Shown: positions 9,201 through 18,430 of the stretch, piece after piece | Layout of the letters: every line of letters begins with the position of its first letter | Position numbering within the stretch: the first letter of the stretch is position 1 | Virus record (IMG/VR): IMGVR_UViG_3300021373_003510 | Span: 13,942 to 77,941 of that record | DNA length: 64,000 bases | Source: a virus | Reading direction: 5' to 3' (one strand) | The notes under the pieces: model-generated | Seen by the model: the letters and a program-made list of their open reading frames with translations, nothing else | Database searches by the model: none | What the model was told of the DNA's origin: nothing | Translations under genes and position numbers: made by a program

Positions 9201-11537
9201 AAAGAACTCGGTAGTTCCTTTTGCTCGCATTGATATATCACCGAACTGAGTACCTGAGTTGTTCAGCGTCATCTGACCACCGTTCAGAGCATAGAACGCG
9301 CAACGAACGAAGATTGACAATGAACCAATACCGTTAACACCAGCACCGTCTCGAGCAACATATCCTAAACCGTTTTGTGTACGAGGTGTGAAACCAAAAC
9401 ATAATACATATGTATATAATGAATCAGTATCAAGTACTCTTCTATCTGCAAGTACACAACCACCGCCTCGACCAACTTCTCTGTTCGGGAAGTCGTCAAT
9501 ACCGATTGATTGAATAACACCTACACCACCTGATTCTGAAGTTACTGTATCACCTACAGCAAAACCTTCACCGTTTTTGAGGTTACGAACTCTGATAGTA
9601 CGATTAGTTGAAATATCTAAATCATTGCCTGCGGTTTGGTCATCGGTATCATCCCATGATAGGAAACCTATAGCACCAGATGAGAATACAACTTCATCAT
9701 CTTTTTGCCATAATTGTCTTTGTCCACCGTTTCCTGGGTAAGCACCTAAAGCAGCGTTGCCGCTATCAAATGTATGTCCTACTTCTAATACAAATGTTCT
9801 ACCTAAGTCAGCAAGTGTACCTTTTGAGTTATAAGGATTAAGAGGTGGTTCAACATCTTGTCTTAAGAAGTTTGATAACTGAGTACTATCTCTAAGATAT
9901 GGAGATCTTAATAGTTTAGCACCTGGTCGATATGCAATCGCAAATCCACCTTCTGGGAAATCAAAGTTATCAACTTGGAAGTTTTGATAACCAAATCCTT
10001 GAACGTAACAACCTGAACCTACAAGAATACCGTTATTGTTTTCGTATCCTTTCTCAAGTTCAATTACAGTTGCATACTGACCTGCGGTTGAAGTACAGGA
10101 ACAATCATCAGGTAACTGCAGATTACCTTTTGTATAATAAGTTCCTGGTCCAACCGAAATATGAACAGCATTGTTAATTGCGTTACGATTGAGTTCACCA
10201 CCTGCTTTTTCTAAACAAAGTTCAAATCCTCTCTCGAGAGTTCTAACAGGAGCCAACATTGTACCTGGGTTCTTATCATCACCAGATCCTGCGTCAACGT
10301 GTACCTTTAATGCTTGAGCTGTTTTCTTAGATACTTCTTCGAATAATTGACCGAAGTTAATTTGTTCAGTTTCACCAGTTTGTTCGTTACGAATTGCGAA
10401 ATATGATTCGTCATCAATAGGAGCTTCAAACTCCTTAGTGAGATCCATATCAAAGTCAGCAAGTCTTGACCTATCAATTGTACCGCCACTAAATACTGAT
10501 CCTGAAAGTGCACCATTATCGAATGTTGAATTATTTGCTCCGAGACCATCGGCAGACGAACTGCGGATTGTCATATCGGTTGCTACAACATTTTGCATTG
10601 TACCTTGGAAGTCAGTATTAGAAATTACTCCATCAGTGAATACTGAATCATCGATAGTTGAATTAGTTAATGTGACATTATTACCTGTGCCATCATTAAA
10701 CTGAGAATTAGTTATGATAGTATTATTTGAAGTACTATCATTAAGTTGTGAACTTGTTAGGACAACGTTATTACCAGTTGAGTCAAATATTTGTCCATTT
10801 GTAAATGATGAGCTTGTTAGTGTAACATTATTGCCTGTGCCATCATTAAATACCGATTGTGTAATCGTTACATTGTTTGCTGTTGAATCGTTAAGAACAG
10901 AATTAGCAAGTCTTATGTTATCGCCGTCAACATCTGACATTGTGCCAGCAGTGAATGACGAACTTGTCATTGTAATATTATTTGCTACAGAATCAGTAAT
11001 TGTAGAATCATCGATTGTAGAATTAGTTAATACTACATTATTACCTGTACCGTCATTAAACGATGAATTGGTAATCGCAACATTGTTTGCTGTGCTATCG
11101 TTAAGCTCAGAATTTGTTAGAACAACATTATTACCTGTACCGTCATTAAACTCTGATTGAGTTATAACTACATTGTTGGCTGTTCCGTTATTGAAAGATG
11201 AACTTGTGATCGCAACATTATTAGCAGTACCATCATTAAACTCTGAATTTGTAATAACTGTATCGTCGATAGTACCACGAACAAAATCTGTATCTTCGAT
11301 ATCTGAATTATCAATTGTGACATTATCGAGTCTGGAATCTGACATGACAACACCGGAGATTGTTCCCCCAGTGATTTTGATCCTCGAGAAAGTTTCGTAT
11401 TGAATTGCTTCAACAAGTTCCTTTCTTGTAATATTACTGGTGCCATCGTCACCTTGGACAAGGTTGACAATAACGAACAGATCTTCAGACCTGGTATTTG
11501 CACCGGTAATCGGAGGTAATTCTGAAATCTTTGCCAT
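276..11537 (-). CDS. Giant (3753 aa) virion structural / tail-fibre-like protein with beta-solenoid repeats, a pectin-lyase-like region, 9 YDPxTG beta-modules and about 12 CxRD helical repeats
   Basis: Uninterrupted ORF; MAKISELP N-terminus typical of phage fibres; motif VHVDAGSGDDKNPGTMLAPVRTL; late promoter upstream; sits in the tail module. Confidence 0.8.
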   Translation of the reverse strand: MAKISELPPITGANTRSEDLFVIVNLVQGDDGTSNITRKELVEAIQYETFSRIKITGGTISGVVMSDSRLDNVTIDNSDIEDTDFVRGTIDDTVITNSEFNDGTANNVAITSSSFNNGTANNVVITQSEFNDGTGNNVVLTNSELNDSTANNVAITNSSFNDGTGNNVVLTNSTIDDSTITDSVANNITMTSSSFTAGTMSDVDGDNIRLANSVLNDSTANNVTITQSVFNDGTGNNVTLTSSSFTNGQIFDSTGNNVVLTSSQLNDSTSNNTIITNSQFNDGTGNNVTLTNSTIDDSVFTDGVISNTDFQGTMQNVVATDMTIRSSSADGLGANNSTFDNGALSGSVFSGGTIDRSRLADFDMDLTKEFEAPIDDESYFAIRNEQTGETEQINFGQLFEEVSKKTAQALKVHVDAGSGDDKNPGTMLAPVRTLERGFELCLEKAGGELNRNAINNAVHISVGPGTYYTKGNLQLPDDCSCTSTAGQYATVIELEKGYENNNGILVGSGCYVQGFGYQNFQVDNFDFPEGGFAIAYRPGAKLLRSPYLRDSTQLSNFLRQDVEPPLNPYNSKGTLADLGRTFVLEVGHTFDSGNAALGAYPGNGGQRQLWQKDDEVVFSSGAIGFLSWDDTDDQTAGNDLDISTNRTIRVRNLKNGEGFAVGDTVTSESGGVGVIQSIGIDDFPNREVGRGGGCVLADRRVLDTDSLYTYVLCFGFTPRTQNGLGYVARDGAGVNGIGSLSIFVRCAFYALNGGQMTLNNSGTQFGDISMRAKGTTEFFAPKGTTATIIGNTAFADTIDNNAEEIIDDMVYYLTANSANGGLGYQEYDSEKCLRDSGIIVDGTGYDVALDTNYWGRLAGITYRSPISYVVPGEQLEETKGANEYLRDRSKEIFISANNEINSRIDTSFAELLNVLEYGEENINPIIWQDTSVPRTAARKLLQDNREFITEELIDWIENNDEFFAYDSKSCRRDVSDYIIPAVKNDMLFDTNYNSLTAGRAYYMQAGKAVIENQNNETVAAYNRLKDQTNELIDGDSYLASQRLDDAYDNVLQILENKGKQYTPSNATYDPVTGLFVITIGDSKSHQMTDGTYDPATGIMEANIGKHELEVGDFVWFNPESITWSCDTGSGPTNHAVPEAHHPYYEKPCPIIGVSKNKIRMNVGYGGDTGQQVHTFVSATPNAIQSGHGLNVGDYVLLKTGGFTMTCSRDGHKTRSYYPKPGYPAHETPVEVLGAVPGKITVNVGTQPFAFDYQFVEAATGAVSVLGDTIKWSDSIDIPANKRNARKQLQANRGFLQDYVDGYLDETYFRYDSKKCRRDITEYILPAVERDILTGSNYNAYQTGLAYRAGTELADNVINDQLTQTTGAINELKRRVNTLQTENGFQPTDATYDPSTGIMEATIGAHTLAVGDTVVFAMQGITFSCDTGSGPTNHAVPEAHHPYANGVPCPIIGVSNTTITLNVGYGGATGQQAHTFVSAVANAITPAKNQGKSFTPTDATYDPETGIFTATIGRHELKAGDYVRFLEDGVTFSCDTGSGPTNDAVPNPGHPFYNHPCPIESTTPTTITMFVGYGGSNAHTFVSALDNAITHVKAIDDKASGFRSDEAFDKIVDMLNSTGKTYSTSNSTYDPLTGLTVLTIGSHDLQVGQEILIAPESLTYTCDLDGNATQHSYPTRTVTRFTPSTASYDPATGEFTADIGTHKLRVGDEIEFAPRGITFTCAIDNNQTNHPVPEEHHPFFKKPVKLTSVEGNVIGCNVGISTNGGGAHTFVSAITGAIKGTREHPGYKKPLVVAATTNTTITVNAGTSTDTSAHTFISATPNNIKTRNYVSTYTPRTATYDETTGVFVATIGQHNLEAGDYVSIKPGSVVFTCALDGNVYEHAIPQSHHSITYKKPIKITSVTSDTITMNVGTGPGGAHTFVRAEVGCIDSDALVFTDPASYVKHYTPTTATYDPATGISVMTIPGHDLTTDDYIEIAPLSFTYTCAQDGNATEHSYPRKGDSNYREPQAITAVNGDDVTIQLAASSGGAHTFVSVIKDAVSKVTYNSQGQYAREQMQINREFLQKEVSDYLDSEYFVFNGEKCTRDSGFILDSVRRDIATGSTWNSQFMGLGYRTGSVGANKVINDQLVQTVGAINYLKAEVAADPNVTGTALTRSNQHFDKIIDILQNGSSAVGTKTYGAEAALTEDHKQAANQLLLNRAFIIAETTAYIAANYPSLTYSVADCERDTGYLVDSLIQDVKFGGNTCTVNFARLYFENANSVLPADQKEPTYKTWEHIADVCWNIVRDITITPSAGNAVSQDVSGTDRGIEVANLARDRVNIVTQAISDDTIDHLPAYIEPNVETAMVAACEAIDGITENLSLSVIDYLRKEHNGLPYAKEVCERDVGLIVDAVSRDIEYGGNENTLEVFDYYFRRFDSASADYEQLRSTNVLPIEVKGQFKTLSDYEDTANVSGLREAINVLPYEQREPTRKAFAHLADVAEKVVKEVAHTTTFTTFNPSNATYDPATGVFTATIGTHTLDVGNKVYLKPEGFTFSCDMGSGQQNHTSPQKHHPYYNKAVTITAITSTTITMNVGGGGSGQYPHTFVSADVGSISTGPYQNTDGTAANAATGTIVHDLINTIADLVDDVNIEDDEFPTLTKASFDPNRTLARKQLQQNRDFIIEEVQGYLKDRYYTFDGDRCKRDLGLLLDAVAVDVLTGSNYNAVFNGTAYRIDTVSTNRVINEQLTETVEGIKFAKGLAVKAVTDSALKVKVEEAFDEIIDVMTNGRAAADTIVFTGNAQGVARINGRSQLQNNKAFLIAEATAWLAANRPSHVYDVAKCERDTGYLIDAVSFDGQHQGNFATQNFTRLYFEQGVNVGLPEDQIEPSVALFKHLGDCVDLIVQDTDIGGLKSTGNALTQDFSSGSGGAPLGAEMEGLFDLCADALASATLLLNPAYELPKVSVYDAVNQAAFNEVLGVKETVAKDLLAHLAENYDILPFSENKCRRDVGYIIDAVSHDIQYGGNAASVQTAGMYFENTVNTGLQIEQRMGSRDAFLHMAKVIEHVVGAKDIETKLFPRTGKYYTGDIVTKYEYWNGVPSYQSTEAQDFSIHGANPDTCIATRKLVELIADAVDDSYEVRATIPERIDVDQTWMGDNYITAKELVEKLSHTAAEGVISYISVNHNGLSFPRARCRRDIGYTIDAISHDIQHETNFATLQSAGIYFEKGVSVLPVDQQRQYADILQLLGTAMSQVVQETPVTNASTYTLTPQNTLGTAATSVEGTEVVNLVGVIENSIRANDNDELPRPYSNSSFPTTELNNAAQKLVDNTEELASDVTEFINSQFNVLDYNKDKCRRDTGFLLDAFSFDLNFGGNTASRWNADFYFWNQVYRLPEDQRAPTAKSYRQLGKICKDIVIGEYPGMKILGEIGTEVESKKVKDLADIFFFTQINNDTKYLPVKEEPDYSYAAAPFVDARNVLQTRRKELQKDTVRYVNATYDFLDINLTRRDARNLLTALQNDFKYEDVTVPVPSYTTNGNQNAIRTFTASLFDYDGTHVFPVFNPTMQGLKYKGSVAQVSDLSAITGMKPNWAYIVATDYTTNFYAGNIYYWNGSTWVLEGANNTDLLDAFVGSWDRMRTYIVNNLSPDSTHSLMIEGLFNDCLKDNVLRPETLIFGSLVESIAHQFNGASAGVNRNALPLNFRNLGAAISAVASVLNEDGGRIRWSGADELNNQYFARGLRINGRTGRIEGRPFTSSVRKLARRASNSRAVI
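10460..11360 (-). repeat. Coding 15-aa (45-nt) tandem repeats, NNVxLTxSxFNDGTG, predicted beta-solenoid
   Basis: Repeats are visible in the protein and at DNA level (ttacctgtaccgtcattaaac at 11041 and 11131). Confidence 0.85.
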
Positions 11538-11565
11538 TTAACTCTTTCCCTTTGGTATTACTTAT

Positions 11566-11573
11566 TATTTATA
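11566..11573 (-). promoter_or_regulatory. T4-type late promoter TATAAATA
   Basis: Exact gp55 consensus about 30 nt upstream of the giant ORF. Confidence 0.8.
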
Positions 11574-11587
11574 AGACCAATCTCAAA

Positions 11588-12835
11588 TTAACCTTTGTTT
11601 TCAAGAAGGTTTTGTAAAACATTTACCTTATCACTCAATTCTTTAATTGCCTCAATAAGTACTGGCACAATTTGTTGATATCTTACAGCTTTGTAAGTAT
11701 CGTCTTCCATTTCAATATCATAAACTACTTCCGGTAAAATCTTTTCAATTTCCTGAGCAATTACACCAGGAAGTGTATCCTCAGGTCTGTCTTTATAATT
11801 AAACGTGTATGTCTTTATTTGTTCTACTTCTTCCAATCCTTTTTGGAGAGGAACAATATTTTCCTTTAATCTTTCGTCTGATGCTGAACCGTTTGTTGTT
11901 ACATCTCCTGTAAAGTATCCTGCACCTGATTCACTCATATATGCAACAATAGCGTTTGAACTATTTCTTACTACAACATCTCCACCTGTAACTCTTACAT
12001 CGTCGGTAAACTGTCCATAACCTGTTACACTTATTCCACTAGGAAGCCATTGTAATACATTATAGTTATTACCTGACCATTCTGACTTAAGTGTTCCAAT
12101 AGGTACACCACTTAATCGTGAACCTGTTACAAGCGCCGCTTCATTTCCGCTGACTGAGCCTGTAGTAATAAACTCGTTACCTTGATAAGTGTTTAGTTCA
12201 CCTTCTCCATCAAATGATATAACACCACTTGATGAAACATTAATACCGTCTCCACCAGTAAATGCTGCTCTTGCTCTTGTATCAGTATAAAATAAATTTG
12301 TAGATCCTTCAGTAATATCATCTGTGTTTAATCCAGATCCACCTGAACCTAATGATAAACTATTTGCCGATAATGATTCGGTAACAATAACATTAGGTAC
12401 TGTTAAAGTACCTGCTGCGGTTAACTGAAATTTCTTTTGACCTGTTCCTGTGTCAATGATAAATGTATGACCGCCATCAGAATCATGACCTATGTCCCAA
12501 GATATTGCACCATCAGTATATCTTGTTTGTCCGCCTGTTCCTGTATATAAGAATGTTGCCGCGACTGAAGTACCACTTGTTACTTGAATAGGATCCGAAA
12601 AATTAATAACCGCTGACGATCCTGCTCCAATCGTATTAGTCGTAACTTGAGTTGAAGCTATTAAATTGGACGCAGTAAAATTACCAACAAGAGTAGCATT
12701 ACCTGTCGTCGTGTCGCCTCCTGATGAAGCAGTGATAACATCGGTCTTAAACAGATTAACCATTTCATTGGTTTTATCAAACCATGTTTGAAATGTTTGT
12801 GCCGTTGTAATGTTTGCTATATTTGGTTTGGCCAT
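11588..12835 (-). CDS. Tail fibre protein with C-terminal peptidase S74 intramolecular chaperone
   Basis: SDERLKENI autocleavage motif, GVIAQEIEKILPEVV, terminal coiled coil. Confidence 0.85.
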   Translation of the reverse strand: MAKPNIANITTAQTFQTWFDKTNEMVNLFKTDVITASSGGDTTTGNATLVGNFTASNLIASTQVTTNTIGAGSSAVINFSDPIQVTSGTSVAATFLYTGTGGQTRYTDGAISWDIGHDSDGGHTFIIDTGTGQKKFQLTAAGTLTVPNVIVTESLSANSLSLGSGGSGLNTDDITEGSTNLFYTDTRARAAFTGGDGINVSSSGVISFDGEGELNTYQGNEFITTGSVSGNEAALVTGSRLSGVPIGTLKSEWSGNNYNVLQWLPSGISVTGYGQFTDDVRVTGGDVVVRNSSNAIVAYMSESGAGYFTGDVTTNGSASDERLKENIVPLQKGLEEVEQIKTYTFNYKDRPEDTLPGVIAQEIEKILPEVVYDIEMEDDTYKAVRYQQIVPVLIEAIKELSDKVNVLQNLLENKG

Positions 12836-13020
12836 TAGTTATTTTCCAATCTTTCTATTCGTTCATAGATTTCAATTATACTGCGCTTAATCTCTAAAAG
12901 GTCATTTTGTATTCTATCAACTTTGCGATAATAGGTTCTTTCTATTTTATATTTATTGAGAGCAACAGCATCAGTACTTAATACTGCTCCGGTTTTTTGA
13001 TCTCGTTTTATATCATTCAT
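12835..13020 (-). CDS. Small hypothetical coiled-coil virion-region protein
   Basis: 61-aa ORF whose stop overlaps the downstream start. Confidence 0.65.
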   Translation of the reverse strand: MNDIKRDQKTGAVLSTDAVALNKYKIERTYYRKVDRIQNDLLEIKRSIIEIYERIERLENN

Positions 13021-13030
13021 AACAAATACC

Positions 13031-16000
13031 TTAAGTTAGTGCGATGCCACGGTAATCTTTCAGGGTAGGTACGTTATGAATATTAGGAGATAGCATATCT
13101 ATACGAACTGCGAATCTCTTAAATCCTTCGAATACTCCGGAATTGCTTGTATATGTTAATGCACTACTTACAAATCCTCCTGTCTTATTTGCGTTAGCAA
13201 CTCTGAATTTAAATTCTCTGTAATCGTTTATATTTGAAACTGTTGAGAATACACCAACACCTTCAAACAATTCTAATTCTATCCAAGGAATTGAATCAAA
13301 GTCGTCATTATCATAACCGTTTTGTGGTTTGATATAACACTTAATATCCGTTCCTGTTGGACGGTATCCTGTTAATGTTAGATGGAAATCTTCAGCATCT
13401 AAACTTTCAGCAAGCTCAATTGTTTTTGAAATATATCTTGCTGTTGTATTTGCATCATTCGTAATTTTATATTGATAAGCAATTAACTTAGATGCTTCAA
13501 TATCAACGAATGGTGTTGAAGTTACATTACCGCCATTCTCTAATGCAACATTAATTCTAAATGGTTTTGAACCACCAGGATCGTTAGATTTACTATATAC
13601 AACAACACCATCTTCTGAGAAATAATTATTATCGTTAAATCTCATTGGTGTATTATATGTAATGTTAACATTGTCTATAGGAACAAATGTACCGCTTAAT
13701 GAAGTCTTACTTGTATTATCAGCAGCCTTCATAATCATCGGCTGAACATAACTTAAATTGATATTATCCACCGATACTACATTTGCCGTAGATTCTGAGT
13801 CCAATCCTTTAATAAGAGAACTTGATGCGAATGCTTTAGCAGTACTAGCAGACGAATCTTCCAAATGCATTTCAAAAGGATTTCTTAAATTGTAATAACT
13901 TAATGTACCTGCTACGACCGGCAACATTGAAGCTGAAACCGCGGTAGCAAATCCCCAAGGAGCAACTAATGTTAATTGTGTAGGACTGTCAACTGAAAGA
14001 ATTTGAAGAACAGCTACATTAGATCCCGATGTAATTTTAACAAATTCATCAGCAGCATAAATTGTATCAAGGCTTGTGCCAGTTATAATAGCGCTTCCTT
14101 GAGTAGCTCCTACTGTACTTGGTGAACCAGATTTTTCCTGATAAATTGTTTCACCTGGAGTAAATCTTCCTGTAAGATTGTCTACCGTAAAGAATTCATT
14201 ATTGTTATTTGTCATTACGACTGAACCAGTTGAAGAATTAAAATTATGTCTTTTTAATGTAAATTTAATATCTTCGTCTTGATATGATTTCCAAGCTGAG
14301 TTGTTGGTCGAGGTAAATAGAACACCATCTCCCCAATCCTGAGTAATAGAAGAACCTTGAGTTGAACCAGGTGTTAAATCAACGCCGCCAACTTTAGAAG
14401 TATAAATTAAATAATTAGGATCTGATGCATCAGGCTGAACAACTACTGCATATTCTTTTTCAACATCCAATCTAACCGGTGCTTCAAAAGCAAATGTTGT
14501 TGCCGCTGAAGCATCTTCAGATACATTTACTGCCGCAGGTAGTTTATGAACTGCGGAGAATGGTAAAATTTGATTTGTTGGGTAACCATTTACAACTTCT
14601 CTTATTTGAACAGTTACACCGTTTAGTGCCGCATTTGCGTTATCGTTTGTTTCTGTTGTTGAAGGCTTACGCTTGAAGTAAACATCAATCTCTGATAAGT
14701 AAACTGAATTGCTACCTGCACCCATACCTTTCTTAATAAAGAATGTTTGTGCAAGTGGATCTCTACCTCGAATACGACGTGCAACGTTTCTTGTTGTTGT
14801 CGTTGTGTTAACATCAAATGTTGGAGCTCTTGTTGAAGTTGTTAAGCTTGTTTTCTCAACACTGAAGTTATATGCTCGATATGTAACGAATCCTTTTGAG
14901 GTAGAAGCAGAATCAATACTGCTATAATTATTAACATCAACAATTTCTAATACTCTATCACCTACAAAGAATGTTTCTGGTGGTAAACTAAATACTGCTC
15001 TTAATACACCATTTGCATCTGTTGATACTGCCGAGCCTTTATCTCCGTATCGTTGAACGGCGCCTACTGAATCAGCAGTAACCGATCCTGGTGCAACGTG
15101 AGAATTAACATCAACTCCATCAAAGAAGAAATAGTGTTGTTGATTTGGTCTTAATCCTGACATATAAACTTTGATATCTCTACCTGCCATATAAGGTTGG
15201 AATCTAAAGTCAGAAACAAACTCACCAATATTTTCTATCTCAATATTGGAACTATCAATATTAATTTCACTTGTTCTTGTTGTGAATGTTGTGGTTTCAA
15301 TTCCTGCACCACGTCTTCCTCTTCGACCACGATCTCTTTCAAAGATTACTTCTGAAGATACATCCGTCATAGGAATGAATTCTTGAATTGAATCAACGAA
15401 ATCTTCAAACGGAGTTGTTAAGTCAATATCAATTGAAGCAGGATTTACTGTTGTATCGTAAGCAGCATCGTAAGGTGGAGAAATAACTCCATCACCTACA
15501 TACTTATAAAAATTACTTACACAATTTCTATAATTTGAAGCATAAGGCTGAGATATAATATCAACATTATTATTTCTTCCGATTGTTGCTACCTTACCTT
15601 CACTTGAACTTGGGAATACCGAAGCACCTGTAGAAGATTCATATTTCAAATCTAATGGGAAAGTTTTAAGTGACGGTGTTAAAATCTTTTGATTAAATGG
15701 AACCGAAGCATTGAACTTAGGATTGTTTACATCACCTAAGGATAAATTATTAAATGGATCTACTACAAATCCATTCTTAAATCTTGATAAACCATTCTCA
15801 TCACGAATAACCAAATTAGAAGTATCAGACTCTAATTGATTTAATGAAATATAATATGCCATGTTATCAATCTTCTTCTCTAAAGAATGAAGATCTTTCA
15901 TTGTATAATTTCTAACACCTGTGGCTTTTGGCTTAATTGCGTAATCTTGTTTACGAAGAACATCGGCTTGCTTTTTAGATAGAGCAGGGAATCCTGGGAT

Positions 16001-18415
16001 TTGAACATTCGCAATTGCTACTTGGTCTGTACTTATCTTTGGTGGTATTGCATATCTATCTTCTTCACCTTTAATTAAACTAATCTCTCCATAAGAATCG
16101 CAAACAATAGTATCTATTCTTGATAGATAAAATTCTATGTCAGTTGTAATTGCTTGTGAAGCAGCAGGTAATAAAGGTACACCTAAATCAGCAAATGTAA
16201 TTGAATTAGATCCAACAGGCGTTGTAATTGTTTCCGCAGCGCCTGCAGTTGCATCATCATAGATAGCAGATCCTGATGGGTGATCTATATCAACATAAGG
16301 TCTAAAGTCAAAACATTCTCTTAAATTAAATTCTTTACCTGCGGAAGATACATAAGTTGGAATTTCATATCTCTCTAATGTATTTGGGTAACTATTAATT
16401 GTAAAGAAATACTCACCTGTATTTGTTGAAGGTTGGAATACGCTCATCTTAATTGTAAGAACACCGTTTCCTGGTTTTGGTCTGCCTTCAATATATTCCA
16501 TGTAAGAAAGATCATAATAAGTATCTTTTTGATTTGGTTTTAATCTAAAGCTATTTGTATAATCTTCGTTTGACGCATCAACGATTGACTGAATCTTAAA
16601 TACATCGGGCAGTCCTAAACTATATTGGTCAGTTGACGCAACATAGTTAACTTTAACATAAGGTTCTTTAACAACTTTATTATAAGGATCAACTCCACCT
16701 GAGGATCCAATTAATCTTTTGTTATAATAAACCGTTACGTTAGTTGCAGCACTTGATGAAATCGTAATATCAAGCTGTGAATTATTTAAGCTTGTTGATT
16801 TACTTATCACTGGGTACTGTGTACTTGTTGAATCTACTACTAAGATATCATCGTTATTACAATTATAATCTTCGCCTGGATCAGCGGATAAAGTAATAGT
16901 ACCTCCTGAATGAGTAGCGGCCTCTTGAGTTCTTACAGGTATTAATGTATCATTAGTTCCAAATAGGCTGTTTAATCCTGTATCAAAAATTAATGGTCTT
17001 TTGCTCGCTTCTTGAATTCTGGTAGATACTGAAACATATCCATTACCGTCGGTGATTCTATCAAGTAATGTTATATCTGCAGCACCATTCATTCGTACTG
17101 CTGATAAGTAAACTCTTGTTGGAGTTAAATTTGTTGCGATTGCCGTACCTAAGACATTACTGCTTGCATCTTGTAAAGTAACATCAGTGTGATCAAGGTC
17201 CAACCTTCCACTGAAACCTGTAATATCAACGTAATTGCCGTAGTCCATTGATACACTTTGATTTTCAGTTTCTTCAGTTCCAACAATTTGGTCAATGACG
17301 AAAGAACGTTCGCCTGAATTTTCGACTCTGTATCCTTTGACATATGCAACTCCTGTTCCTACTAATACATTAACATCACTACCGCGATCATCAGTACTTA
17401 AAGGAAAGTTTTCTAAAATATAGTTACCAGATTCTTCGTATGTTCTTCTTGCGAGTTCCTCACCTAATACATTGTATTGTGATACATCTCGTACTGTAAT
17501 TGCGTTACCGTTCTGATAACGAATTAATGTAAAGAAGTCTGAGTTAGCGGTTGCTGTTGAAGTATCTTGTACTGTTAATACAGGAGTTAGTTTTAATCTG
17601 TCAGCACCTGGCGCGTTTTCATTTTTAGAACCATTTGCATTATCGTATAAAGATGCGTCTTGTAATGAATTAATTAAACTTTCATTAACTAAATAACCTA
17701 CAGACTTATCGTTAGGAATATCAGAATATTTTTCTACAACTAATCTCTGTGAAGCTGTAAATATAAAATGACCTTTTTGGAATATAATACCAGGTGCAGC
17801 TTCAATACCGAAAGACTTACCAACGTGTGGCGTTGATATACCTGCACTTACTGAGATACCTGATAAGACCTGAGAAGGAGCCAAGGCATCAGTTGTTGTA
17901 CCAACCTTGAATTTGTATAGGTTAATAACTAAAGGTTCACCGGCCTGAAACTGAGATGCAGAGGCACCTGTATTTAAGTAATTAATATAAAAAGTATTGA
18001 GATCTGGTGGTCTTGTTTGGAAACCAACTGATGCTTGAACTATCGTTGCTCTCAAACCTGTGTTTTGTCCAACAAGTTCGTAAACATAATCAAGCTCAAC
18101 TTCTTGACCTGTTGTATCTGTAGTCGTTACTGTTCTACTAATATATTCTGTGGCATTAAATCCACCGAGAACATCGTTAATTTTAACAAACTGCAAATCA
18201 TCGAGTTCAGTAAAGTTACATCCCTTTACAATTGAACCTTCTTTGAATATATTATCACCAAACTGCTCAACCTGATTTTGAAGCATGGTTTGCAGTTGAG
18301 TAAGTTCTCTTGCCTGTATAGCAAACCCAGGCTTAAACATAACTCGATAGAACTGCTTCTCAACATCGTAGTCATCGAAGTATGGTGCTTGGTTTAAATT
18401 TTTATTAATAGGCAT
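13031..18415 (-). CDS. DUF4815 / VrlC-like large baseplate-associated structural protein
   Basis: N-terminus NLNQAPYFDDYD...YRVMFKPGFAIQARELTQLQTMLQNQ; follows gp8. Confidence 0.8.
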   Translation of the reverse strand: MPINKNLNQAPYFDDYDVEKQFYRVMFKPGFAIQARELTQLQTMLQNQVEQFGDNIFKEGSIVKGCNFTELDDLQFVKINDVLGGFNATEYISRTVTTTDTTGQEVELDYVYELVGQNTGLRATIVQASVGFQTRPPDLNTFYINYLNTGASASQFQAGEPLVINLYKFKVGTTTDALAPSQVLSGISVSAGISTPHVGKSFGIEAAPGIIFQKGHFIFTASQRLVVEKYSDIPNDKSVGYLVNESLINSLQDASLYDNANGSKNENAPGADRLKLTPVLTVQDTSTATANSDFFTLIRYQNGNAITVRDVSQYNVLGEELARRTYEESGNYILENFPLSTDDRGSDVNVLVGTGVAYVKGYRVENSGERSFVIDQIVGTEETENQSVSMDYGNYVDITGFSGRLDLDHTDVTLQDASSNVLGTAIATNLTPTRVYLSAVRMNGAADITLLDRITDGNGYVSVSTRIQEASKRPLIFDTGLNSLFGTNDTLIPVRTQEAATHSGGTITLSADPGEDYNCNNDDILVVDSTSTQYPVISKSTSLNNSQLDITISSSAATNVTVYYNKRLIGSSGGVDPYNKVVKEPYVKVNYVASTDQYSLGLPDVFKIQSIVDASNEDYTNSFRLKPNQKDTYYDLSYMEYIEGRPKPGNGVLTIKMSVFQPSTNTGEYFFTINSYPNTLERYEIPTYVSSAGKEFNLRECFDFRPYVDIDHPSGSAIYDDATAGAAETITTPVGSNSITFADLGVPLLPAASQAITTDIEFYLSRIDTIVCDSYGEISLIKGEEDRYAIPPKISTDQVAIANVQIPGFPALSKKQADVLRKQDYAIKPKATGVRNYTMKDLHSLEKKIDNMAYYISLNQLESDTSNLVIRDENGLSRFKNGFVVDPFNNLSLGDVNNPKFNASVPFNQKILTPSLKTFPLDLKYESSTGASVFPSSSEGKVATIGRNNNVDIISQPYASNYRNCVSNFYKYVGDGVISPPYDAAYDTTVNPASIDIDLTTPFEDFVDSIQEFIPMTDVSSEVIFERDRGRRGRRGAGIETTTFTTRTSEINIDSSNIEIENIGEFVSDFRFQPYMAGRDIKVYMSGLRPNQQHYFFFDGVDVNSHVAPGSVTADSVGAVQRYGDKGSAVSTDANGVLRAVFSLPPETFFVGDRVLEIVDVNNYSSIDSASTSKGFVTYRAYNFSVEKTSLTTSTRAPTFDVNTTTTTRNVARRIRGRDPLAQTFFIKKGMGAGSNSVYLSEIDVYFKRKPSTTETNDNANAALNGVTVQIREVVNGYPTNQILPFSAVHKLPAAVNVSEDASAATTFAFEAPVRLDVEKEYAVVVQPDASDPNYLIYTSKVGGVDLTPGSTQGSSITQDWGDGVLFTSTNNSAWKSYQDEDIKFTLKRHNFNSSTGSVVMTNNNNEFFTVDNLTGRFTPGETIYQEKSGSPSTVGATQGSAIITGTSLDTIYAADEFVKITSGSNVAVLQILSVDSPTQLTLVAPWGFATAVSASMLPVVAGTLSYYNLRNPFEMHLEDSSASTAKAFASSSLIKGLDSESTANVVSVDNINLSYVQPMIMKAADNTSKTSLSGTFVPIDNVNITYNTPMRFNDNNYFSEDGVVVYSKSNDPGGSKPFRINVALENGGNVTSTPFVDIEASKLIAYQYKITNDANTTARYISKTIELAESLDAEDFHLTLTGYRPTGTDIKCYIKPQNGYDNDDFDSIPWIELELFEGVGVFSTVSNINDYREFKFRVANANKTGGFVSSALTYTSNSGVFEGFKRFAVRIDMLSPNIHNVPTLKDYRGIALT

Positions 18416-18430
18416 CTTTACTTACGTTCC

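Noticed and set aside
10460-11360. 45-nt periodic DNA repeats as a possible CRISPR array
   Set aside because: They are in-frame, degenerate coding repeats with no unique spacers and no cas genes.
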